Below the pieces are notes generated by a model. The model was not told the DNA's origin, ran no database searches, and saw only the letters and a list, made by a program, of their open reading frames with translations. From the NCBI GenBank assembly GCA_043817315.1, contig JBDRGY010000001.1:9732-73731 (forward strand): a stretch of DNA of 64,000 nucleotides. The letters run 5' to 3'. Of this stretch, positions 19,912-29,923 are shown one piece after another. How positions within the stretch are numbered: the first letter of the stretch is position 1; each line of letters starts with the position of its first letter. The stretch comes from Patescibacteria group bacterium. Its GTDB lineage: Bacteria; Patescibacteriota; Patescibacteriia; JBDRGY01. Made by a program: the position numbers and the translations under genes.

Positions 19912-22900
19912 ATGACTAAAAAGGTAATCATTTTAGCGGTGGTTGGCGTTTTTTGCTTATTTTATAGCGCTGATTCAGCTCGGGCTCCTTATAAACAGGA
20001 TAGCCCTCAATTATGTACCCAAAGCTCTGAAGTGCTCGGTATTGATCAATCTGATCCTACGCCCAAGATCGGTTCTGCTAACCCGGCCGCTGTTTATTGT
20101 ACCGAACTTGGCTATAAGCATGATATCATCACCGAAGCTGATTCTAGTCAGCACGCCGATTGCGTTTTCCCTGATAATAGCCGGTGTGATGAATGGTCAT
20201 TTTACTATGGACAATGCGGGCAGACCCATTCTTATTGCGCCCAAAACGGTTACGATATTATTACCAAACAAGCAAATGATAATCCTTATTCTCAAAAGTA
20301 CACGGTTTGTACCGAGAATGGCCGAGAGATCGGGGCGGTGGCTGACTTGATGAATCTGGAGGATAAAATTGTAGGAGCCAGTTATAAACCAACGGCTGAA
20401 GAGATTTTAGCCTCGAAAGACAGTGGATCCGGAAGTAACAGAGTCCTGCCGGATAGTTTTAACTGGCAAGACTTTTTAGGCCAGAATTTTATGACTCCGG
20501 TTAAAGATCAACAGACTTGCCCTCTTTGTTGGGCTTTTTCTGCTATCGGCACTACAGAAGGAATGTATGATATCAGAAATGGTGCTGATTACAATCTGGA
20601 CATGTCCGAACAACAAATAGCTTCATCCGGCGGAGTCGGCTATTGTGCCGGTTACGGCTGTGTCCCCGGTGGTTCAACTAATGCCTTGAATTATATCAGA
20701 GATTATGGTTTGGTCAGTGAAACTTGTTTCCCTTACACCAATAGTGGTTCAACACCCTGCAATCTGTGCAGTGGCTGGGAATCAGAATTGAAGTATATCA
20801 CTGATAAGAATATTGATATTCCTTCGGATACTGAATCAATAAAGGAGTATATTTTTAATCACGGACCGGTCTCGGTTAATATGGCTTTTGATTTTGGAAC
20901 TATTCAGTGGGGAGATTATGATGGCAATAATATTTACCGTTGTGATGAAGGAGACCCCGGTTATGACATCAACCACGCGGTGGTCATCTCCGGCTATAAT
21001 GAGATAGAAGATTATTGGGTAGTCAAGAACAGCTATGGAACATACTGGGGTCAGGGAAACGGAGATGGATACTTCAATGTCGGCTATGGCGAGTGCAACA
21101 TACAGGGCAGTCCTACCGGGGTAGAGCTGGACCATGAATGCGGAGGTTTTGTCTACACCCAAGCTGATGCCACTTTGAATAAAGATTTAATTGGCTGTTC
21201 AAATGGATTGAGCATCATGGCAGATGATATCGCGTTTGATTGCCAAGGCCACAAAATTTCCGGAACCGGATCTGGTGTTGGTATTAATCTTAATGGCAGA
21301 ACCAATGTGACGATTAATAATTGTGTGATAGAAGGCTTTGACACAGGAATAAATCTGGTCAATTCCGAGAATAATCAGTTCTTTGGCAATATTTTCATGA
21401 ACAATAATTTCAATGCTTCTGAAGATGCCAGCTCCAATAATAATAACTGGAATGATGTTGATACTGGAAATTATTGGGATGATTATGAAATCAATCCTGG
21501 ATTGCCATGGGGTTATGAGATTACCGGACCAGGAGATGGCATGGATTACAAATTTTATCTGACAGAAGACAATGTGACAACCTTCAACAACGGTCTACCT
21601 TCAGAGCAATTGACTTTTACCGGAGAAGATATTACAAGATATATTGAACTGCCCAAAGATAATCTAGCAATTGGTGGCGATTTTGAGGTGACAGGCATAG
21701 TCTCTTACACTGCTAATGATGATGAGTTCCAGGATGATTGGGATAGTGCAGGTGAGTTCTATCTGCCGGCTACTTACGGTCCGGAAAAAGCGGTAGACGG
21801 TGATTACGGTACCAAGTCAATTTGTGTTTATGACACTTATTGTGACATATTTGAATATTATGATAGAGATCCCAGTATTACTTCAGCTACCTGGACTTTC
21901 AAATATCAGCTTTATTCCGGAGCCGGCGGAGCTAAAGTAGAATGTTGGAATTATGACACTAGTGCTTATGAACAGTTTTATTATTCTAGTCAAACTAATA
22001 TCCAAACTAAGAGTGCAGCGGTTCCGGCAGCTTGCTTAAGCGGCCCGCAATTGAAAGTGAGAACACCAATGAACGGTTTAGGCGGCGGCGGTTTCCGCTT
22101 ATTTGAAAGTAAAGTAACCTGGGATGAACCGATGTATCCGACCAATCCGGAGATAGAAGTAGGGACCGATGACAATAATCCAGAATGGTCATACAGTGGA
22201 GTATTTGACCAAAGCAATGTAGCCATTGGCGACTTTTCTTATGCTTTGTATCAAGCGCTGAATCACGGGGCTTGTGATTGCACCGGCTGTACTTTAAACG
22301 ACGATACTTGTTCCATCCCGGTCAAATTCCATTCAGCCACCGGCGGAATCCTGGAGTATTCCAATATTGGAGTAAGTCATGCTTCCCCATTTTTAGACAC
22401 TGATAGCGATGGAGTGGCTGATGTGAATGATAATTGTCAGGCAACTTATAACCCGGGACAGGAAGACTTTGACGAAGACGGAATCGGTGATGTCTGTGAC
22501 AACTGCCAAAACGACTACAACCCCGGGCAAGAGGACGGTGATGGTGATCTGATCGGCAACGTCTGCGATAATTGTCCGATTAACTATAACCCCGGCCAAG
22601 AAGACGGTGATGGAGATCTTGTTGGTGATGTCTGTGATAATTGTGAGTTTATTAATAACCCCGGCCAAGAAGATGATGACTCGGATGGGATTGGTAACGT
22701 TTGTGACAACTGTGTGGAAGATTATAACCCAACCCAGTTAAACTCTGATGCCGATGTCTGGGGTGACGCTTGTGACAATTGCCATTTGGTATACAACCCT
22801 GCCCAAGGAGACATTGATACAGACACTGTCGGCGATGCCTGTGATTACGAAGATTATGAATATATTAGGCATTTCTCGGCTGAATATTTGGATACCGGCA

Positions 22901-23364
22901 ATGTCAGTTATGACAATGTAATGGGTGGCGGGCCCTGTAACCAGCCTGGTGGTTGTGAATACACAGACCAAACAACTTCAGTAGCCTTCTGCAATGGACC
23001 GAGTTATCCCAACTATTGTAGCTACCAAGGAACCTGCTACGAGGGAAATGGTTCAGTAATCTTAGATATTGACGGCGATGATCGACACGAAGCCATCTGT
23101 GTCGGTAAGGGCTGGTGGGACTTAGATTCCGGAACTGAGTTAGGTTATGGTTATACGCCGTTACCGGGCATAGAAGTGTGTGAAATGGGTGGTTATCAGT
23201 GGCTACCAGGCGAAACAACCGCTGTGGGTGAATACCTGTGGAGTTACAATAACTTCGGTTGTTGCGGAGATGATGAGGGTGAGTATATTGATGGAATAAC
23301 CTGCAAGAGTTCGATTAGAAAATCAATTCCGGTCAAACAGCCAATTATCGGCTTATTTCGATAA
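19912..23364 (+). CDS. large secreted multidomain protein: signal peptide, papain-like (C1) cysteine peptidase domain, beta-helix-like region, six thrombospondin type-3-like Ca-binding repeats, Cys-rich C-terminus
   Basis: N-terminal hydrophobic leader. QQTCPLCWAFSAIG (catalytic Cys) with NHAVVISGYNE...YWVVKNSYGTYWG (His/Asn/Trp). Six DxDxDGxGDxCDNCxxxYNPxQED repeats at 22393-22850. Own promoter TTGACA-17-TAAAGT at about 19857-19890. Confidence 0.7.
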   Translation: MTKKVIILAVVGVFCLFYSADSARAPYKQDSPQLCTQSSEVLGIDQSDPTPKIGSANPAAVYCTELGYKHDIITEADSSQHADCVFPDNSRCDEWSFYYGQCGQTHSYCAQNGYDIITKQANDNPYSQKYTVCTENGREIGAVADLMNLEDKIVGASYKPTAEEILASKDSGSGSNRVLPDSFNWQDFLGQNFMTPVKDQQTCPLCWAFSAIGTTEGMYDIRNGADYNLDMSEQQIASSGGVGYCAGYGCVPGGSTNALNYIRDYGLVSETCFPYTNSGSTPCNLCSGWESELKYITDKNIDIPSDTESIKEYIFNHGPVSVNMAFDFGTIQWGDYDGNNIYRCDEGDPGYDINHAVVISGYNEIEDYWVVKNSYGTYWGQGNGDGYFNVGYGECNIQGSPTGVELDHECGGFVYTQADATLNKDLIGCSNGLSIMADDIAFDCQGHKISGTGSGVGINLNGRTNVTINNCVIEGFDTGINLVNSENNQFFGNIFMNNNFNASEDASSNNNNWNDVDTGNYWDDYEINPGLPWGYEITGPGDGMDYKFYLTEDNVTTFNNGLPSEQLTFTGEDITRYIELPKDNLAIGGDFEVTGIVSYTANDDEFQDDWDSAGEFYLPATYGPEKAVDGDYGTKSICVYDTYCDIFEYYDRDPSITSATWTFKYQLYSGAGGAKVECWNYDTSAYEQFYYSSQTNIQTKSAAVPAACLSGPQLKVRTPMNGLGGGGFRLFESKVTWDEPMYPTNPEIEVGTDDNNPEWSYSGVFDQSNVAIGDFSYALYQALNHGACDCTGCTLNDDTCSIPVKFHSATGGILEYSNIGVSHASPFLDTDSDGVADVNDNCQATYNPGQEDFDEDGIGDVCDNCQNDYNPGQEDGDGDLIGNVCDNCPINYNPGQEDGDGDLVGDVCDNCEFINNPGQEDDDSDGIGNVCDNCVEDYNPTQLNSDADVWGDACDNCHLVYNPAQGDIDTDTVGDACDYEDYEYIRHFSAEYLDTGNVSYDNVMGGGPCNQPGGCEYTDQTTSVAFCNGPSYPNYCSYQGTCYEGNGSVILDIDGDDRHEAICVGKGWWDLDSGTELGYGYTPLPGIEVCEMGGYQWLPGETTAVGEYLWSYNNFGCCGDDEGEYIDGITCKSSIRKSIPVKQPIIGLFR

Positions 23365-23650
23365 ATACAGCTTTAAAATTACCCGTTGGTTATGATATAG
23401 CCGGCGGGTAGTTTTTGTTATGTTTTACGACAATTACCGAACCGCCCCCTTGGCCACTTTGTTGGGTAATAACCCAAAGCCGTTTCCCCCTCCTTATCAA
23501 GGAGGGGAGAATGAGTTGGTTCTTTTTGCTGAGTAAGTGTTAGAGGGGAGGTCCGGTATCCTAGAACATATTACAAAGTAATCTAGTTAAACTCGGTCAT
23601 TTTATTATTTTATGCTATAATAAACGGGTAATTTTTATTGAATAATATAA

Positions 23651-24340
23651 ATGAACACTTTAGGCAATCCTAAACATTTGGTTTTCTTAGGGCCGCCGGG
23701 TTCCGGCAAGGGAACTCAGGCCAAGCTTTTGATGGAGCAATGGAAGATGAATTATCTTTCCACCGGTGATATGGTCCGGGATTTTTTGGCCAAAGCCAAA
23801 GATGGAGATAATGTTGGTAGCGAGATGAAAGTAAGATATGACAAAGGTATTCCCCAGCCCGATGATTTGATAATTAAGGGTGTAAGGGAAGTGATCAAAA
23901 ACTGGGATTTGAGAAAGGGTGTCATTTTTGACTCTTTTCCCCTATCCGAGCAGCAGGCCTGGGGATTAGATCTGATTGTTAAGGATTTTATCATGGAAAT
24001 CCCCATCGTCCTCTACATTGCCATTTCAGAGGAAGAGGCAGTCAACCGACTCTCCAAAAGGAAATATTGTCCTAACTGCAAATCTGTTTTTTACCCCCTA
24101 TCGCCCAATTATGAAAGTGGTTCTTGTGATAAGTGCAGTACAGTATTAATTTCTCGCTCTGATGATAAACCGGAAGTGGTTAAGAAGCGATATCTGGAAT
24201 ATGTAGGACGCATGGAGGCCTTGAAAAAATTCTATGAACCCAGACTTCGCTGGGTTAATATTGACGGGGAACAGTCTGTCGAGGAAGTACAACAAGAGAT
24301 AATAAAAAAATTGACCGAGTTTCGAGCCAAAAGAGCATGA
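23651..24340 (+). CDS. adk: adenylate kinase (zinc-finger LID)
   Basis: GPPGSGKGTQ P-loop and CPNC...CDKC lid motifs. Confidence 0.9.
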   Translation: MNTLGNPKHLVFLGPPGSGKGTQAKLLMEQWKMNYLSTGDMVRDFLAKAKDGDNVGSEMKVRYDKGIPQPDDLIIKGVREVIKNWDLRKGVIFDSFPLSEQQAWGLDLIVKDFIMEIPIVLYIAISEEEAVNRLSKRKYCPNCKSVFYPLSPNYESGSCDKCSTVLISRSDDKPEVVKKRYLEYVGRMEALKKFYEPRLRWVNIDGEQSVEEVQQEIIKKLTEFRAKRA

Positions 24341-25081
24341 TCGATATAAAGACCGATAAAGAAATTGCCTTGATGAAAAAGGGAGGGCAAATATTGTCCC
24401 TGGTTCTTCATCAAGTAGCCAAAAGTGTCAAACCCGGAATCTCCACCTACGACCTGGATAAAATGGCTTATCAAATGATAAAACAAAGGAAGGCCAAGCC
24501 TTCTTTTTTGGGTCATGAAGGTTATCCCGCCTCTCTCTGTGTTTCTATCAATGAAGAATTGGTGCATGGCTTGCCTCATAAAGACCGAATAATAAAGTCA
24601 GGAGATATTGTCAGTGTTGATCTGGGGGTTAAATATAAGGGACTTTATACTGATATGGCTCTGACAGTTGCGGTGGGCCAAATAAGTCCGGAAGCTTAAA
24701 AAACTGATCAGAGTTACGGCTAAATCATTGGATAAAGCCATTAAGGTATTGCGACCCGGTGTTCATCTGGGTGATGTATCGGCAGCCATTCAGAATTATG
24801 TGGAGCAGCAAGGTTTTTCCGTGGTACGCCAGCTGGTGGGTCACGGAGTAGGCAAAAAAGTCCACGAAGATCCCCGGGTGCCCAATTTCGGAAAGAAAGG
24901 GGAGGGAGTAATCCTCAAAGAAGGCATGTGCTTGGCTATAGAGCCGATGGTTAATATGGGCGGTGCGGACGTTGCCCTAAAAGGTGATGACTGGACCTAT
25001 CAATCGGCTGATTCTAGCTTATCAGCCCATTTTGAAAAGAGCATAGCCATTGTCAAAAACGGCTACCTAATTCTGACTTAA
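24337..25081 (+). pseudogene. map: methionine aminopeptidase type I split by a +1 frameshift in an A6 run (24698-24703)
   Basis: ORF 24337..24699 is the MAP N-terminal half ending ...VAVGQISPEA*. The next frame continues KLKKLIRVTAKSLDKAIKVLRPG..., which is the contiguous MAP sequence through to 25081. Confidence 0.75.
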
Positions 25082-25086
25082 GGAAT

Positions 25087-25485
25087 ATGGGAAAATATTT
25101 AGGAATCGACTACGGTAATAAACATGTCGGTATAGCAATCAGCAACGAAGAAAAAAATTTCGTTTTACCACGAGAAGGAGTGGCTACCAAAGAAATTTTC
25201 GATTACCTAAAAAATATTGTGGAAGATGAAGCCATTGAAAAAATCATCGTCGGCCTCCCCATAGGATTAAACGGCCAAGAGACGGCCCAAACCAAGAAGA
25301 CCAGAGAATTTATAGAGCAGCTTAATTGCCGACTGTCTGTTGAAATTGTAACCGAAGATGAAAGGCTAACCACCGGTGCAGCTAATCGTTTACTGGTGGG
25401 GTTAGACAAAAAATCGAAAAAGAAGAAAATTGACCAAAGTGCTGCCGCTTTGATATTACAAGATTATTTGACCAAAAATGCTTAA
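25087..25485 (+). CDS. ruvX: RuvX/YqgF Holliday-junction-resolvase-like pre-16S rRNA nuclease
   Basis: GIDYGNKHVGIAISN N-terminus, 132 aa. Confidence 0.8.
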   Translation: MGKYLGIDYGNKHVGIAISNEEKNFVLPREGVATKEIFDYLKNIVEDEAIEKIIVGLPIGLNGQETAQTKKTREFIEQLNCRLSVEIVTEDERLTTGAANRLLVGLDKKSKKKKIDQSAAALILQDYLTKNA

Positions 25486-26593
25486 TTATAGTTCCTACAT
25501 TTTACCTTTTGGCCTGGGAGTAGTTTTTGCAGTTATCTTTACCCTGGTAATCAAGAAAGTTGCTAATCAATGGCAAATTGTCGATCGGCCAGAAACTGAC
25601 CCAGCCAGAAAGATTCAGGATAAACCAACTCCTCTTTTGGGCGGCCTGGCTATCTATCTAGCCTTTTTAGTTGTGATCTTAATCTACGCCCTGGGCACTG
25701 ATCGCTTGTTCGGAGGATACTTCTTGCCTAAACATCTGGCGGGTCTTCTCCTGGCCGGTTTCTTTATAATGATTGGTGGCTTTTTGGATGATCGGTTTGA
25801 CCTTAAGCCCAAAAAGCAAATTATCTGGCCCCTATTGGCTGCTCTATCCATCATTGCGGCCGGCATCGGCATTAGTTACGTTACCAACCCCCTAGGCGGC
25901 ACCCTATATTTGGATCAGATAAAAATCAAACTTTTTAGTTTGGGAGATACTCCCTACAATTTTATCCTCTGGGCGGATATTTTTGCCCTGTTGTGGTTAC
26001 TGGGCATGATGTATACCACCAAGTTTTTAGACGGACTGGACGGATTGGTGGCCGGAATCAGCACCATTGGCGCTTTCATAATTTTTCTGCTCAGCCTAAA
26101 TCAAGAAGTGGCCCAGCCGGAAACCGCCTTGATCAGTATCATATTTGCGGGGGCGGCCCTGGGCTTCTTATTTTTTAATTGGCATAGGGCCAAGATATTT
26201 TTAGGCGAAGGAGGGTCACTATTTTGCGGTTTTATGCTGGGAATCCTGGCCATTATTTCCGGGGCCAAGATTGCAACAGCCTTACTGATTGTAGGAATCC
26301 CCATTTTAGACGTTATCTGGGTGGTTATCAGGAGACTATTTTTAGAAAGAAAATCACCTTTCTTTGGAGATAGTAAACATTTACATTTTCGTTTATTGGA
26401 TGCAGGACTAAGCCATCGTGGCGCTGTTTTGCTGCTTTATCTACTGACTATCATGTTCGGGATTTCCGCTCTTATCCTCAAGGGCCAGTGGAAACTATAT
26501 TCCCTGCTTATCCTGGCTGGGGTGATGATTATTATGGCCATTGTTCTGGTTTTGGCTTATCGGCGCAAGAAAGTTGACCCCGAAACAAATTAA
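25478..26593 (+). CDS. polyprenyl-phosphate N-acetylhexosamine-1-phosphate transferase (MraY/WecA family)
   Basis: About 10 TM segments and the DDRFDLKPKKQI loop, 371 aa. Whether it is the WecA or MraY subfamily cannot be decided. Confidence 0.6.
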   Translation: MLNYSSYILPFGLGVVFAVIFTLVIKKVANQWQIVDRPETDPARKIQDKPTPLLGGLAIYLAFLVVILIYALGTDRLFGGYFLPKHLAGLLLAGFFIMIGGFLDDRFDLKPKKQIIWPLLAALSIIAAGIGISYVTNPLGGTLYLDQIKIKLFSLGDTPYNFILWADIFALLWLLGMMYTTKFLDGLDGLVAGISTIGAFIIFLLSLNQEVAQPETALISIIFAGAALGFLFFNWHRAKIFLGEGGSLFCGFMLGILAIISGAKIATALLIVGIPILDVIWVVIRRLFLERKSPFFGDSKHLHFRLLDAGLSHRGAVLLLYLLTIMFGISALILKGQWKLYSLLILAGVMIIMAIVLVLAYRRKKVDPETN

Positions 26594-26606
26594 AACCTAG
26601 AAGCAT

Positions 26607-26876
26607 ATGTACTACACCTATGTATTGCTGAGCTTTAAAGACAAGAAATTCTATATTGGATATACAAATGATATTGTTAAAAGGGTCAGGAACCATAATA
26701 AGGGAAAAGTAACGTCGACGAAATACCGTCAGCCTTTAAAGCTAATATATTATGAGGCGTGTTTAAATAAAGATGATGCCATTACCAGAGAAAAATACCT
26801 GAAATCCGGAGTGGGAAAACGCTATATAAAGAATAGGCTAAAGAAGTTTCTCGACAAAAATTTGTTTCGGGGTTGA
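26607..26876 (+). CDS. small GIY-YIG nuclease-superfamily protein (YhbQ/UPF0213-like), copy 1
   Basis: YTYVLLSFKDKKFYIGYTNDIVKRVRNHNKG, 89 aa. Confidence 0.7.
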   Translation: MYYTYVLLSFKDKKFYIGYTNDIVKRVRNHNKGKVTSTKYRQPLKLIYYEACLNKDDAITREKYLKSGVGKRYIKNRLKKFLDKNLFRG

Positions 26877-26930
26877 CACATCAGGATAATTAAGATAAAA
26901 TATTGATTACCTAATAATTTAAGGATAAAT

Positions 26931-27242
26931 ATGGCAGAAGCAGTAATAAAGACAGGCGGCAAGCAATACCTGGTCAAGAAAGGTGATGTTATTAAGATTG
27001 AGAAAATCAACAAAAAAGAGGGAGCTGAAGTAAGCTTTAAAGATGTTTTATTGTTCAGTGACTCCAAAGGAGTGAAGGTCGGAAAACCTAAGGTAGCCGG
27101 AGCTAAAGTAACCGGTGAAGTATTGAACCAGGCCAAGGATAAAAAGGTTACAATAATCAAATACAAACGAAAAACCCGTTACAGAAGAAAACAGGGACAC
27201 CGCCAGTTTTTTACCCAAGTGAAAATCACGGCGGTTAGCTAA
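26931..27242 (+). CDS. rplU: 50S ribosomal protein L21 (no rpmA follows)
   Basis: MAEAVIKTGGKQYLVKKGDVIKIEKI.... Confidence 0.85.
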   Translation: MAEAVIKTGGKQYLVKKGDVIKIEKINKKEGAEVSFKDVLLFSDSKGVKVGKPKVAGAKVTGEVLNQAKDKKVTIIKYKRKTRYRRKQGHRQFFTQVKITAVS

Positions 27243-27250
27243 AATAAACT

Positions 27251-27286
27251 AAAAAAGACTCCAGTTTATGTGGGTCTTTTTTGGAT
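27251..27286. terminator. bidirectional terminator between rplU (+) and recR (-)
   Basis: aaaaaagac-tccagtttatgtgg-gtctttttt, an A-run, stem-loop and T-run. Confidence 0.55.
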
Positions 27287-27291
27287 TTTGT

Positions 27292-27891
27292 TTAAACTGG
27301 CAAACGCCCCTTTAAGGCATTAGTCAGCGTTATCTCGTCGGCGTATTCAATGGACGAGCCGGTGGGCAATCCTTGGGCCAGCCGGGTTACTTTTACTTCA
27401 TATTTACCTAATAACTTTATCAGGTACAAAACTGTGGACTCTCCTTCTATGGTAGGATCTAAGGCGATTATAATCTCTTTTATCCCATCTTTGTCTAGGC
27501 GATCGGTTAACTGCTTGATTTTTAGGTCTTTGGGACCAATACCTTCCACTGCGTTAATCACTCCGCCCAGGATATGATAGACACCGGTGTATTCCCCGGT
27601 TTTTTCAATGGCCAGCACATCAGGACTTTCAGCAACAACACAGATGGTCTGGTGGTCTCTTGATCGGGTGTTGCAGATGGGACAAGGATCAGATTCAGAG
27701 TAATTTTGGCAGGAGGAACAGATCTGTATTTTATCTTTGAGATGTTCAACAGCCTGTCCCAGTTTCTCCAGCTCGGCTTTGGGTTGGGATAGTAAATAAA
27801 AAACAAACTTCTCAGCCGTTTTCGGACCAATGCCGGGAAGCTTGTTGAATTCATCTATCAATCTTTCGATAGAGGGGGAGTGAGTTGACAT
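27292..27891 (-). CDS. recR: recombination protein RecR
   Basis: HhH motif LPGIGPKTAEK, C4 zinc finger CSSCQNYSE..CPIC, and Toprim, 199 aa. Confidence 0.9.
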   Translation of the reverse strand: MSTHSPSIERLIDEFNKLPGIGPKTAEKFVFYLLSQPKAELEKLGQAVEHLKDKIQICSSCQNYSESDPCPICNTRSRDHQTICVVAESPDVLAIEKTGEYTGVYHILGGVINAVEGIGPKDLKIKQLTDRLDKDGIKEIIIALDPTIEGESTVLYLIKLLGKYEVKVTRLAQGLPTGSSIEYADEITLTNALKGRLPV

Positions 27892-28038
27892 AAAATACGA
27901 AATTATAATATCGAAATTCGAAACAAATTTAAAATCCTAATATTCAAATTCCAAACACTTATTAATACCAGGTTTAGAATTTAGAATTTTGAACATTGAG
28001 ATTTATTTAGTATTTAGTATTTCGGATTTCGAATTTAC

Positions 28039-28335
28039 TCAAGTCGTTCCTGGAATATTCATCCCAGAGGAGTATAATTTCTGGGCCATTAGTTGTTTGA
28101 TTTTCTGCATGCAATCAATATGGGCCTCTTTTAAAGCTTCTTCCAGCTCCGGCTTCTTGTCAGGACTGAGCAGTTCCGGCTCAATGTTAATACTCTGAAT
28201 GTTCTGATTACCGTTCATTTCAATACTGACCTTATTGGCCGCAGCTACACCGGTAACTGTTTCTTGGGCCAAGGTCGCTTCCAGTTGCTTGGCCTGATCT
28301 CGCAGATCTTTTAGTTGTTTAAGTTTATCTAACAT
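28039..28335 (-). CDS. ybaB: YbaB/EbfC nucleoid-associated protein
   Basis: The start is taken at the internal MLDKLKQLKDLRDQAKQLE.... YbaB-like sequence (GNQNIQSINI...). The longer track ORF (to 28386) probably over-extends. Confidence 0.75.
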   Translation of the reverse strand: MLDKLKQLKDLRDQAKQLEATLAQETVTGVAAANKVSIEMNGNQNIQSINIEPELLSPDKKPELEEALKEAHIDCMQKIKQLMAQKLYSSGMNIPGTT

Positions 28336-28400
28336 ACGTATATTGTAGAGCAAATCGATAAAAAAATAAAGAGGATCACTCTTCATTTTTAAGCTTAATA

Positions 28401-29783
28401 TTAGAAATTCGGGGATTCCGGAACATCTTCAAGGGATTTTTCCAGATTTCTAAAGGAAACTCTTTTCTCGTCAAAGAATAAATCAACAATACCAGTGGGG
28501 CCATTACGGTGTTTGGCGATATGGATTTGGGCGATACTTTGCTTTTCCGGGGGTAAATCCTTCTTATACATGGCTTCACGGTAGATAAACATGACTACAT
28601 CAGCGTCTTGTTCAATAGAACCGGATTCACGCAAATCAGCTAATTTGGGGATATTGGAAGGTCTTTGTTCTACGGCCCGAGACAGCTGAGACAAAGCCAA
28701 AACAGGTACTTTCAATTCCCGGGCGATCCCCTTAAGAGCTCTGGTAATCTCGGAAACTTCCTGGACACGATTATCGGATCCAGCCCGGCCTTCCATCAGC
28801 TGCAAGTAATCGATGATGATCAAGCCCAAATTATGTTCGGCCTGAAGCCGCCTGGCCTTAGTGCGCAATTCCATTATATTAGAGGTGGCTGAATCATCGA
28901 TATAAATGGGGGCTTCTGAAAGCACTCCCATGGCATGCCCGATTTTGGGGAAATCGTCGTCTTCCGGGCGATCGGAAAGACGACCGGTTCTCATTTTCCA
29001 CAATTCGACATTAGCTTCTGAGCAGAGTAAACGGTCAACTAATTGTTCTTTGGACATTTCCAGGCTGAATATGCCAACCGGGACTTTTTGTTTGGTAGCT
29101 ACGTGCCGGGCCATGTCCAGAGCCAGGGTGGTTTTTCCCATTGAGGGGCGGGAAGCTAAAATCACCAGGTCGGAAGCCTGCAAACCAGCCAGTTTATTAT
29201 CCAGGTCTGAAAAGCCGGTGGGAATCCCTCTGAGCTTGCCGGATTCGCGGTGCAGTTCATCGATCCGATCAAAGGCTTCGGTTAAAACATTTTTGATAGG
29301 AATAAAATTTTGTTTGAGGTATTTCTGGGATACTTGAAACAGGGACTGCTCAGCCTTATCCAGCAAAACATCGACTTCGTCAGTTTCCTGATAACCGAAA
29401 CCTAGAATTTCTGAAGCGGTATGTATTAATCGCCTCAGGGTAGATTTTTTCTGGACCGTATTGGCGTAACTGGCTACATGACTGGCTGTGGGCACTGAAT
29501 TAGCCAGAGTAGCAAGATAAGTTTTTCCACCGATCTCTTTTAGCTTGCCTTTTTCCTCTAAACGGTTGGAGAGGCTAAGGATATCAATCGGCTCGTGTTT
29601 TTCATACAGTTCCACCATGGACTCAAAGATAGCGTTGTGAGTGTCCTTGTAGAAATCACCGGGAAGTATTATATCGGCGATTTTAGTAATGGCGTCTTTA
29701 TCAATCAATAAAGACCCCAATACCGCCTGTTCGGCTTCAATATTTTGGGGTGGTAGCTTTTCCGTCTGCTCATTTTTGGCCAT
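28401..29783 (-). CDS. dnaB: replicative DNA helicase DnaB
   Basis: 460 aa, Walker A GSRPSMGKTTLAL, and DnaB N-terminal domain. Confidence 0.9.
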   Translation of the reverse strand: MAKNEQTEKLPPQNIEAEQAVLGSLLIDKDAITKIADIILPGDFYKDTHNAIFESMVELYEKHEPIDILSLSNRLEEKGKLKEIGGKTYLATLANSVPTASHVASYANTVQKKSTLRRLIHTASEILGFGYQETDEVDVLLDKAEQSLFQVSQKYLKQNFIPIKNVLTEAFDRIDELHRESGKLRGIPTGFSDLDNKLAGLQASDLVILASRPSMGKTTLALDMARHVATKQKVPVGIFSLEMSKEQLVDRLLCSEANVELWKMRTGRLSDRPEDDDFPKIGHAMGVLSEAPIYIDDSATSNIMELRTKARRLQAEHNLGLIIIDYLQLMEGRAGSDNRVQEVSEITRALKGIARELKVPVLALSQLSRAVEQRPSNIPKLADLRESGSIEQDADVVMFIYREAMYKKDLPPEKQSIAQIHIAKHRNGPTGIVDLFFDEKRVSFRNLEKSLEDVPESPNF

Positions 29784-29923
29784 AGTATTGTTTATGTTAA
29801 CAGAAAAGCAGATTATAGCAATAGCGTTATCAATAGCTTACCCACAGTGATTTTCCACAAAAAAGTGGATACTTGATTTTCTTGAAAATCCCTGTAAAAT
29901 ACTATATACTTTATAAATACTAT

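Noticed and set aside
27892-28038. AT-rich stretch with short direct and inverted repeats (gaatttagaattt, agtatttagtattt, cgaaattcgaaa / tttcgaattt) between ybaB and recR, considered as a possible MITE.
   Set aside because: The repeats are short and AT-only, and there is no target-site duplication or terminal inverted-repeat pair of convincing length. More likely this is just the recR promoter region and ybaB 3' UTR.
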